Below are positions 46,963-58,800 of a DNA stretch of 64,000 nucleotides, piece by piece; the stretch's first letter is position 1; the number at the start of each line of letters is the position of its first letter. Source of the DNA: Macrostomum hystrix (taxonomy: Eukaryota; Animalia; Platyhelminthes); NCBI GenBank assembly GCA_950097015.1, contig CATNEN010000038.1:33790001-33854000 (forward strand), read 5' to 3'. The notes under the pieces are model-generated. The model had not been told where the DNA came from, ran no database searches, and was given only the letters and a program-made list of their open reading frames with translations. The translations under genes were made by a program, and so were the position numbers.

Positions 46963-48048
46963 TTCGAAGCATTCAGCGGTCTCGCTAGCGAGAATCGCGT
47001 CCAGGATCGGCTTCTAAAAACAGTCTGGCTTTTACAATCGACGCCCCGATTCCAGCGTCTTCTGATTGGTCGGCTTTACAGTTTAAACAAAAACGACATT
47101 AAATGCGGCAATCCCAGTCTAGCTAATAGGGATTTCGTTTCTGCAGATATCTGCACACGGTGTGTCCCATTTGAGAACTCTTTATCATATAAATTCTGAA
47201 GCGGGCTTCGCTGATGGAGTTAATTTTATGCTAATTTTCACTGATCTCATCAATTTCTGGACTCGCTAAAAATCGTCATTATTCTGAGCAGTAAATTGCT
47301 GCAGTACGCACTCATTGGATTATATGGAGTTCAGTCAAATAAGTTGTACATGTTTCTGGCTGGGACGGGACTGTTGTGGCCTATTAATCTCATGAAACGC
47401 TTGAGATAGAAATTTCACTTGACCTTGGTCATGTGCAAAGACGCTGCAGCAATAAGGTTATTGTGAATTGGCCTCTGAATTATGCTATACTCATACTCAT
47501 ATGTAGCTCTCAGAAAAAATGCAGTTCTGTCCCTATCTTTAGAAACGATTGTGTACAGCAAAAAAATTTTTGCTTCAAATACTAAAGAACTGCTACAGAA
47601 AATCGATTATTATTGAAACCTGTCTTGGACAAGAACTGAAATCTATAGAGGGGCTGCTTATACTGTTCTCTCATAAACAGCAGTCCTCAAAATGATTCGC
47701 GTTTGCTTGTGTATGCGCATTGGGTTTTATAGTTTCTAGCATGATTTTGTTTTGCTTTTAAAACAGTCTTATAAAAACGCTTTTAAAATCATGCAGTCTT
47801 ATAAAAAATTACGAGGCAAGAAAGGCGTCTGTCATTATTGTAAGGTCGTGTCCTTACACTGATCAGCAAAGCAACACATTCGATCAATCATCAATAAATT
47901 ATTCGGTATAGATTCGCTGATTGGGACTTTGCAGATCCCACCCTATCTCCTCAGACCGTTAAAGCTATGCGTTTCCGCTTTTAACATTTGCATCCAAATT
48001 AGCTCACTCACGAATCGAGCGATGATGGGTTTTCGGTCGACAACACTT

Positions 48049-50636
48049 CCTGAAGGAGTGCACGATCATCTGACCCTGAAGGAGTGCACGATCATCTGAC
48101 CCTGAAGGAATGCACGATCATCTGACCCTGAAGGAATGCACGATCATCTGACCCTGAAGGAGTGCACGATCATCTGACCCTGAAGGAGTGCACGATCATC
48201 TGACCCTGAAGGAATGCACGATCATCTGACCCTGAAGGAGTGCACGATCATCTGACCCTGAAGGAATGCACGATCATCTGACCCTGAAGGAGTGCACGAT
48301 CATCTGACCCTGAAGGAATGCACGATCATCTGACCCTGAAGGAATGCACGATCATCTGACCCTGAAGGAGTGCACGATCATCTGACCCTGAAGGAGTGCA
48401 CGATCATCTGACCCTGAAGGAATGCACGATCATCTGACCCTGAAGGAGTGCACGATCATCTGACCCTGAAGGAATGCACGATCATCTGACCCTGAAGGAG
48501 TGCACGATCATCTGACCCTGAAGGAATGCACGATCATCTGACCCTGAAGGAGTGCACGATCATCTGACCCTGAAGGAATGCACGATCATCTGACCCTGAA
48601 GGAGTGCACGATCATCTGACCCTGAAGGAATGCACGATCATCTGACCCTGAAGGAGTGCACGATCATCTGACCCTGAAGGAATGCACGATCATCTGACCC
48701 TGAAGGAATGCACGATCATCTGACCCTGAAGGAGTGCACGATCATCTGACCCTGAAGGAATGCACGATCATCTGACCCTGAAGGAGTGCACGATCATCTG
48801 ACCCTGAAGGAGTGCACGATCATCTGACCCTGAAGGAGTGCACGATCATCTGACCCTGAAGGAATGCACGATCATCTGACCCTGAAGGAATGCACGATCA
48901 TCTGACCCTGAAGGAGTGCACGATCATCTGACCCTGAAGGAATGCACGATCATCTGACCCTGAAGGAGTGCACGATCATCTGACCCTGAAGGAATGCACG
49001 ATCATCTGACCCTGAAGGAGTGCACGATCATCTGACCCTGAAGGAGTGCACGATCATCTGACCCTGAAGGAATGCACGATCATCTGACCCTGAAGGAGTG
49101 CACGATCATCTGACCCTGAAGGAATGCACGATCATCTGACCCTGAAGGAGTGCACGATCATCTGACCCTGAAGGAGTGCACGATCATCTGACCCTGAAGG
49201 AGTGCACGATCATCTGACCCTGAAGGAATGCACGATCATCTGACCCTGAAGGAGTGCACGATCATCTGACCCTGAAGGAATGCACGATCATCTGACCCTG
49301 AAGGAGTGCACGATCATCTGACCCTGAAGGAATGCACGATCATCTGACCCTGAAGGAATGCACGATCATCTGACCCTGAAGGAGTGCACGATCATCTGAC
49401 CCTGAAGGAATGCACGATCATCTGACCCTGAAGGAGTGCACGATCATCTGACCCTGAAGGAGTGCACGATCATCTGACCCTGAAGGAGTGCACGATCATC
49501 TGACCCTGAAGGAATGCACGATCATCTGACCCTGAAGGAGTGCACGATCATCTGACCCTGAAGGAATGCACGATCATCTGACCCTGAAGGAGTGCACGAT
49601 CATCTGACCCTGAAGGAGTGCACGATCATCTGACCCTGAAGGAATGCACGATCATCTGACCCTGAAGGAATGCACGATCATCTGACCCTGAAGGAGTGCA
49701 CGATCATCTGACCCTGAAGGAGTGCACGATCATCTGACCCTGAAGGAATGCACGATCATCTGACCCTGAAGGAATGCACGATCATCTGACCCTGAAGGAG
49801 TGCACGATCATCTGACCCTGAAGGAATGCACGATCATCTGACCCTGAAGGAGTGCACGATCATCTGACCCTGAAGGAATGCACGATCATCTGACCCTGAA
49901 GGAGTGCACGATCATCTGACCCTGAAGGAGTGCACGATCATCTGACCCTGAAGGAGTGCACGATCATCTGACCCTGAAGGAATGCACGATCATCTGACCC
50001 TGAAGGAATGCACGATCATCTGACCCTGAAGGAATGCACGATCATCTGACCCTGAAGGAATGCACGATCATCTGACCCTGAAGGAGTGCACGATCATCTG
50101 ACCCTGAAGGAATGCACGATCATCTGACCCTGAAGGAATGCACGATCATCTGACCCTGAAGGAATGCACGATCATCTGACCCTGAAGGAGTGCACGATCA
50201 TCTGACCCTGAAGGAATGCACGATCATCTGACCCTGAAGGAATGCACGATCATCTGACCCTGAAGGAATGCACGATCATCTGACCCTGAAGGAATGCACG
50301 ATCATCTGACCCTGAAGGAGTGCACGATCATCTGACCCTGAAGGAATGCACGATCATCTGACCCTGAAGGAGTGCACGATCATCTGACCCTGAAGGAATG
50401 CACGATCATCTGACCCTGAAGGAATGCACGATCATCTGACCCTGAAGGAATGCACGATCATCTGACCCTGAAGGAGTGCACGATCATCTGACCCTGAAGG
50501 AATGCACGATCATCTGACCCTGAAGGAGTGCACGATCATCTGACCCTGAAGGAGTGCACGATCATCTGACCCTGAAGGAGTGCACGATCATCTGACCCTG
50601 AAGGAGTGCACGATCATCTGACCCTGAAGGAATGCA
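48049..50636. repeat. 26-bp satellite, ~99 copies, one dimorphic site
   Basis: Unit CCTGAAGGA(G/A)TGCACGATCATCTGAC. Confidence 0.97.
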
Positions 50637-51015
50637 TACTCATCTCAACTAGTGACATCTCATGGACAAGGATGCTCAGGGACATTGGTTCGAGGGACAA
50701 CCGTTCAGCATCTCTGGCCATTCGGAATACAAACTCTACGCGATCATCCAAACCACGAATGGACTTACTATAAATGACCTTCTAAAACTGACCAAATAAT
50801 CAAGCTAGGCATTGAATCAAGGGGTTAATAAATTTTTTTTCAAAACGATTGTGAGTCGTCTATGGTGAAGTTCGAAGGATATTTTAATTATTTGACGCAA
50901 AACGTGCTATACATAATTAAGCAATGAAAAAAACAAAGCTGAATTTCATGATGCAACTAAATTTTAATTCATCTTGTTAAGTGCTAAGCTTAGGTGTTTA
51001 ATTTAGGCGGCCAGA

Positions 51016-51570
51016 ATGAATCCAGACACACTGGTTCAGCCTTACCCCTTGTTGCGTCACCTCGATGTCAACCACTACCCCATGTGCCGCGCCAATTTGT
51101 TGCATCATCCCGGTTCAGCCCTTCGCCAAGTCAGCCCAGCCATCTTGGACCTCAGGGGCAGCTTTCCTTACCTGCTGTTTCGCCTAAAGCACAAGGCCTC
51201 TGGACTAGTAATTAACTGCGTTCGCGGCAGCGCTAGCTTCCTGAACGACGAGGCCATCGAGCAGCTGTACACGGCCTCGTTTGGCGTGCACTTCTTTGTT
51301 AGTGTTAAAGGTGGTGGCAATATGCAGTTCAGCAAAAATTATGTGCAAATTTTCGGCGCCTCAAAAACTTTCGGCCGCGCCGATCATCACATATCTGGCA
51401 AGCTGGTCAAGTTCTGCCTTCCCCGGATCAAAGTTCTATTTGAACAGCCCGCACTGCCGCCGCCGATTGCCGTCAAACTGCCCCAGCTAACCCGCAGCAG
51501 ATCAGCTTTGACAAACAAGAAGGCTATAAATCCCAAAGATTCAGTTATAAGAATTAACTTGCGCGTATGA
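51016..51570 (+). CDS. Janus/Ocnus family (PHPT1-like phosphohistidine phosphatase fold) protein
   Basis: GSFPYLLFRL...VRG...GGGNM...IFGASKTFGRADH aligns with PHPT1 GVFKYVLIRV...VRG...GGGRI...VYGYS..YGPAQH. Confidence 0.75.
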   Translation: MNPDTLVQPYPLLRHLDVNHYPMCRANLLHHPGSALRQVSPAILDLRGSFPYLLFRLKHKASGLVINCVRGSASFLNDEAIEQLYTASFGVHFFVSVKGGGNMQFSKNYVQIFGASKTFGRADHHISGKLVKFCLPRIKVLFEQPALPPPIAVKLPQLTRSRSALTNKKAINPKDSVIRINLRV

Positions 51571-52411
51571 CATTTATTTTCTTGACGATGTTGAGTACCA
51601 GCTCACACAAATTTATGTTTCCTTCATTCATCAAGTGTTCATTTCATTGAACATATGTCATTGAAACAGAACCGAACGTGCAGCTCAAACGCATCGGTCT
51701 AGTCATTTCATCGTGTTTGTAATTGTCTGAAAACCGCCATTACATTCTTCTTGATTATAAGTACAGCGGCAAGCAAAAAGTTTTTCTTATAAGCATCCGA
51801 ATTCATGTCCATCATTCTGGAGACAAGTTTCATGTGTAGATATATTTTATTTTGTGCTAAGTTATGTACTAAAATTAAAAAAGGCTAATGCAGAGAAATT
51901 GTGATTTCGAAGTTGTGAGGTCGAAGTTGAGGTCGGAGTTGTGACGCCGTCGGAGTTGTGGGGTCGGAGAGATCGCGATAAAACATATAAAACCTAAAAT
52001 ATATTCAAAATGCAAAATAATTTCTGACACTGAACGTCGGTGTTATTGCCAGAGTCGAGTTTCAATTTTCTATCGAACTCTAAAAATCGGCGAAGTCGAT
52101 CAGCTAGATTGTTGTACCGGCCCAGGTGCGCAGCAGTGGGTTAGATGCGGTCAGGGCTTGAGCTGGAGCCCACGCGACTAGTTTAGTTCGAGAGCAACAT
52201 AATTATGCAACTTTCTAGAAGTATCTAAACTCTAGCTAGAAGTTTCTCTCTAAACTAATCTGTGTATAACTGCACGTAACCTTAGCAGACATTTAACACC
52301 GACTGGTAATATATAAGGGACTACTAAATACTCTATCTATTTAAAGTTTCCCTTGTCTCCCTTTATTTCTTTATAGTAGTATTTATTAGTCCCTGAGTAC
52401 ATGAGGAGAAC

Positions 52412-52582
52412 CAGTGGCGTAGCGAGGGGGTATCGGTTTATCGGCCGATACCCCCAAAATGTGATGTCTCAAATTTTTTCGCAATCAGTTTCTTCGAAAG
52501 AAATGAATTAAATGTTTTTTATTCTGGATGCGCTGGATAGAACCAAGACCGATATCCCCAAAAAATCCTGGCTACGCCCCTG
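52412..52582. mobile_element. 171-bp hAT-type MITE
   Basis: TIR CAGTGGCGTAGC / GCTACGCCCCTG; 8-bp TSD AGGAGAAC. Confidence 0.9.
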
Positions 52583-53210
52583 AGGAGAACCATGCTATAA
52601 GCGTAAATTATTACATACTGAGTTGTGGTTTAATCAAATCAACTTTTCCAACGGCTTTTAAAAGTAAAATTAGCTGTCTCAGAGAACTGTATAGAACTAT
52701 TTATGAAATATTAAAAGTAAGCAGTTTATATTAATTTTAAAAAATAGAGCAACTATATGGGCATCTATCTTTCTATTTTGTTTTGAAAGGCTATTTGTAG
52801 AAAACAACAAATTTGAAATGAAAAGAAATGTAAGTTCATTTTACTAATTATTAAAATTAAAACACATGAAAAGACATGATCTTAGTGTGAATTGTATTCG
52901 TTTGGCTTCATTTCGCTTCGGCATAAATTAAATAGACATACTTTCTTAAGCACCTGCATTTCAGTTTCTCGAGCCTTCTAAAATAAAATGAGAGTTTCCA
53001 GACAGCTCGTCGATGTTCGAAGCATTTCGAGCAAAGTACACTCACTGACAGTCAACGCTAGGCCTATACTAGCTATAAAATTAAATAAAACGTAGAGTAA
53101 GAGACTAACATAATCAAGCAACTTAATCAACCTACATGAAAATTCAGGTTTTGTATTAACCATGTTGTAAAATGTTATAAAATCATCTTGATGCTATTTT
53201 TGCATACATA

Positions 53211-53862
53211 GGGTAATGTATAATCATCAACCAAACAGTGTATCTTCAAAACCGAACAAGAATTTTGACTCCTTCCTTGGTCTTGTGCAAGATAGAAACA
53301 AGCTATTGTGTTTCACAGAACAACTAATTTGAAAGTTGAAGAAACTATCTACAAGCTGAGGCATGATGTGCAATGAAGCATTAAGAGAAAAGAAAGATAT
53401 TGATGTTTCAGTAGAAATTTTTATTGCAAAAGCATACTTTTTAACAACATTTTTTCAGTATGTACTTTAAACAAAGATTGTATGTGGTTGCTTGCCAATT
53501 AAATGACCATAAATGTAGTTATTTATAGAGCATGAAAAATGCTTTCAAATTACATAATTCATGATAGTTCACTGTTCACTCCTTAAAATAAGATTAAGCC
53601 ACTCACTCAAATTGTACAACCAAACATCAAATTCTCTGTTTGGTTTGAAGATACATGAAAATCATTGTTCGGTTTTAGATAAAAAGCAGGAATAACTTTT
53701 TTCTATTTGACAAAATAGCAAAAGCAGATACTTTTTAGAAAGATGTAACTGTTTTCTATAACTTGGCTTTTAATTTATCATCATATCTTAAATAGAAAAT
53801 CTGTAGCTTAGGTTTGAAGTTAAAAAAATACACATTCTTGTTTGGTTGATGATACATTACCC
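53211..53862. mobile_element. ~650-bp MITE, TA TSD, copy 2
   Basis: Homologous to 35144-35797; GGGTAATGTA...TACATTACCC flanked by TA. Confidence 0.85.
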
Positions 53863-55810
53863 TATAGCCTTTTAAATTTTAGCCAGGGATTTATATTTTA
53901 TACAAGTAGGCCTATCTAACTCTGGCACCTCTGCGAATGCAAGGCATATAGTATATAATATTTTGCTTACTTAATGTTCTAGTTCAAAATCTTTGTTTAT
54001 TTTATATTTTAGCAAATTAACATTTTGTCACTTACTAGCAGCTAAATTGTTTGCAAGGGCTGAGGGCTGTAGACAGGATCATTATGATTCAAAGAAAATT
54101 TGTGTTAGAATGCATGCTTAAAATGTTTATTTTTCATGCTTAAAAATTAAATAAAGTTCATCAATTTGATAGGTATATTGAAATTGATAGGCAGTCAGTG
54201 GGCAGTCAAATGAAGTTTATTTTGTCCTGTAATGTCAACTAAATATACATGCAAAATTAGGCAGGCAAGACCATGAATGCTCAAATTTTTGGGGACTAAT
54301 ACTTGTACTACTTGTGTATGTATTACTCATGTACTCAAGTACTCAAGTACTACTCATGTACTACTTGATCCAGACTATGGCCTTAAGCTGAAGGTAATTT
54401 TACTACTTAAATGTTGTAAGGCCTATGACTATAAAGGCAGGGCACTTGTAGTTAATAGTGTCAACTTACAGTTAACAGTGTCAAAATTGAAACTGTTTTA
54501 TAGCTATTGGGCTTAAAAAAATTGTTATTACTATATTTACTACATTTTACAATATTGTGTAATATAAACCTACATATACAAAATACACATACTTGTAACT
54601 AATAACTGCAATTATAGTTTTCTTGCCAGCTACAATATTGATTCAATATTAATATTTAATTTTATTTGATCAAGATACTTAATGCCTTGGCTTCAGTTCA
54701 CCTATCTAAAGTAAAAAATGTACTATCAATATAATATTACTTACTTAGCTTAGTATATAAATTGGGTAGTTAGGGGTACTAAAGGTTATAGCTATAGTAT
54801 TATATTCATTTAGGAAAAACTATGCAAAAGTTCTTGTCTGTCTATTCCACTGACAAGGCCTTTAGATTTTTAGAGAATTAATATTTTTTGTTAGAGACTT
54901 GGTAAATAAGTACAAAAGAAAAATCATTTTAGCCTTTTTGCAAGACTAAGCTACCAATCAAGATCATTGGTTAGAATGCCTAGACATTAGGGTTAAGTTT
55001 TATTGGTTGGCTTTGTTTTACTAGTGATAAAAATATGAATTGTTCATATATGCTTTATAAGCAATATATGTTATATTTTAATTTTATTAATATGCAAAAA
55101 TAGTTCCAAATTTCAAGTGCAGCTAGCTTTGCTGATGCAAAGAAAAGAAATATTAATATAGGTTCAGGTTGTTATAATTGCTTATACAAAAAGCACAAGA
55201 AAACTGAAAATTTAGAATTCTAATATAAAGTTATAATAATGTTTCGCACTTATTTTCTATCTAGTGTAAATTTTTGGACTATGATTCCTAGCCAGTAATA
55301 CTTGCGTAACTTTTTTTGCAACAAAGGGAAACACATTTACATTTGTATAATTCTCTTCTATCTGCTAATATACAATGGTTAAAATGTTTGCTTGCTTGTT
55401 TGCAATTAACTATCTTCCAAATAGCTTAAGTGATTTTCATAATTCCTTTGCCAAATGATGTCAATGGGGCCCAAATTGGTATCACATAATTTTATTAGGT
55501 TTAAATTCATTGCTAAGGGGATTAAATATTAAAAAAAACTTTTTTTAGATCTATGTTTTTCTAATGCATTTTGCAGGGAGGGCTCCAACAACACTTTAGT
55601 TGATTGCACCATAGTCAGTTTTGCAAGCACACTGATAAGAGACTAGCTACCCAGAGGTACCTGGGTAACAACTAATGTTGTTATCATTATTGTTAGCATT
55701 ACTTATTTACTGATTGTACTGATTGTGATGATTTTTTTAATGCTTTTTTAAGAAATTGAGATAAAATTTTCATTTAATAATATATTTCAGCTTCTTTACC
55801 TGTAAATTGC

Positions 55811-58800
55811 ATGGGGAAATTCAAGCCACGTTGCTTCTTTGACGTGGCTCTGCCAAATGAGGAGGGAGGTAAGTTTATCAGTCATTAAGGATTAATTTAA
55901 TTGTAATATAGTTAGTAAAATCATATTTACTATATAAATCAAACTTCTAAATATCAAATCTTAGTTCACAGGATAGTTTTCGAACTCTTCAACGATGTGG
56001 CACCAATGACTTGCGAAAATTTTCGCTGCCTTTGCCTTGGTACGTGTCTGCTTAATTTTTATATATATTACATTTATTTTGAGACAATAGAATAATACTT
56101 TTGGAGCTACTTAAATTATGTGTATTTAAACGTCCGGTTGCTATCGAAGTAGTGGTTGTTGTACTGAAGAAACGCTGAAGGTTCAGGGGTTGGTGCAATG
56201 AAGACACACTGAAGGTTCAGGGGTTGGGGCATCAAAGACACACTGAAGGTTTGGGGATTAGTGCATTGAAGACACGCTGAAGGTTCAAGGGTTGGGGCAT
56301 CAAAGACACGCTGAAGGTTTGGGGGTTGGGGCATCAAAGACACGCTGAAGGTTCAGGGGTTGGGGCATCAAAGACACGCTGAAGGTTCAAGGGTTGGTGC
56401 ATTGAAGACACGCTGAAGGTTCAGGGGTTGGGGCATCAAAGACACGCTGAAGGTTCAGGGGTTGGGGCATCAAAGACACGCTGAAGGTTCAGGGGTTGGT
56501 GCATTGAAGACACGCTGAAGGTTTGGGGGTTGGGGCATCAAAGACACGCTGAAGGTTTGGGGGTTGGGGCATCAAAGACACGCTGAAGGTTCGGGGGTTG
56601 GGGCATCAAAGACACGCTGAAGGTTCAGGGGTTGGGGCATCAAAGACACGCTGAAGGTTCAGGGGTTGGGGCATCAAAGACACGCTGAAGGTTCAAGGGT
56701 TGGTGCATTGAAGACACGCTGAAGGTTCAGGGGTTGGGGCATCAAAGACACGCTGAAGGTTCAGGGGTTGGGGCATCAAAGACACGCTGAAGGTTCAGGG
56801 GTTGGTGCATTGAAGACACGCTGAAGGTTTGGGGGTTGGGGCATCAAAGACACGCTGAAGGTTTGGGGGTTGGGGCATCAAAGACACGCTGAAGGTTCGG
56901 GGGTTGGGGCATCAAAGACACGCTGAAGGTTCAGGGGTTGGGGCATCAAAGACACGCTGAAGGTTCAGGGGTTGGGGCATCAAAGACACGCTGAAGGTTC
57001 AAGGGTTGGTGCATTGAAGACACGCTGAAGGTTCAGGGGTTGGGGCATCAAAGACACGCTGAAGGTTCAGGGGTTGGGGCATCAAAGACACGCTGAAGGT
57101 TCAGGGGTTGGTGCATTGAAGACACGCTGAAGGTTTGGGGGTTGGGGCATCAAAGACACGCTGAAGGTTTGGGGGTTGGGGCATTAAAGACACGCTGAAG
57201 GTTCGGGGGTTGGGGCATCAAAGACACGCTGAAGGTTCAGGGGTTGGGGCATCAAAGACACGCTGATGGTTCAGGGGTTGGGGCATCAAAGACACGCTGA
57301 TGGTTCAGGGGTTGGGGCATCAAAGACACGCTGATGGTTCAGGGGTTGGGGCATCAAAGACACGCTGAAGGTTCAAGGGTTGGGGCATCAAAGACACGCT
57401 GAAGGTTCAAGGGTTGGGGCATCAAAGACACGCTGAAGGTTCAAGGGTTGGGGCATCAAAGACACGCTGAAGGTTTGGGGGTTGGGGCATCAAAGACACG
57501 CTGAAGGTTTGGGGGTTGGGGCATCAAAGACACGCTGAAGGTTCAGGGGTTGGTGCATCAAAGACACGCTGAAGGTTTGGGGGTTGGGGCATCAAAGACA
57601 CGCTGAAGGTTTGGGGGTTGGGGCATCAAAGACACGCTGAAGGTTCGGGGGTTGGGGCATCAAAGACACGCTGAAGGTTCAGGGGTTGGGGCATCAAAGA
57701 CACGCTGAAGGTTCAAGGGTTGGGGCATCAAAGACACGCTGAAGGTTCAGGGGTTGGGGCATCAAAGACACGCTGAAGGTTCAGGGGTTGGGGCATCAAA
57801 GACACGCTGAAGGTTCAAGGGTTGGTGCATTGAAGACACGCTGAAGGTTCAGGGGTTGGGGCATCAAAGACACGCTGAAGGTTCAAGGGTTGGTGCATTG
57901 AAGACACGCTGAAGGTTCAGGGGTTGGGGCATCAAAGACACGCTGAAGGTTCAGGGGTTGGGGCATCAAAGACACGCTGAAGGTTCAAGGGTTGGTGCAT
58001 TGAAGACACGCTGAAGGTTCAGGGGTTGGGGCATCAAAGACACGCTGAAGGTTCAGGGGTTGGGGCATCAAAGACACGCTGAAGGTTCGGGGGTTGGGGC
58101 ATCAAAGACACGCTGAAGGTTCGGGGGTTGGGGCATCAAAGACACGCTGAAGGTTCGGGGGTTGGGGCATTGAAGACACACTGAGGGTTCAGGGGTGAGT
58201 TAGTAGGTAGAAACCTACTGAAAAGAGCATTGTTTGGAAGACCAAGACTCGTCATGACTCATGTCAGCGCTAGAAACACTTGATAAATGAATGAGCAGTT
58301 TATTAAAGTTACCTATGAATTATTTATTTTATTTTCTAGGTGGCAAGGTCTCTAGCGAGAATCCGGAGCAAGCTCTGCACTACAAAGACTCCATTTTTCA
58401 TCGCGTCATCAAGGGTTTTATGATTCAAGGCGGCGACATCACTAAGCGAGATGGAACCGGCGGAGAAAGTATCTATGGCGGACGCTTTAAAGGTGTGTTA
58501 GAAGATAAGTATTTCTTTAATTAAAATTCTAAACAATGATAAAGGTATTGTTATTGGAATTGAACTACAACGGAACACGCAGTTTGAACATAAAACCGGC
58601 ATTTTTCAGACGAGAATTTCATCCTCAAACACGACCGACCATTTCTATTGTCGATGGCCAACATAGGCAAGGATACAAACGGATCGCAGTTTGTTATGTA
58701 AGTGTTTGAAAATGCAATCTTATTCTTAGTCTAAAGCTTTCTATCATAGATCCGCTGTTTCAATTATTTTAGCACGACAACACCAGCCAGTCATCTAGAC

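Noticed and set aside
48049-50636. CRISPR array
   Set aside because: Head-to-tail repeats with no spacers.
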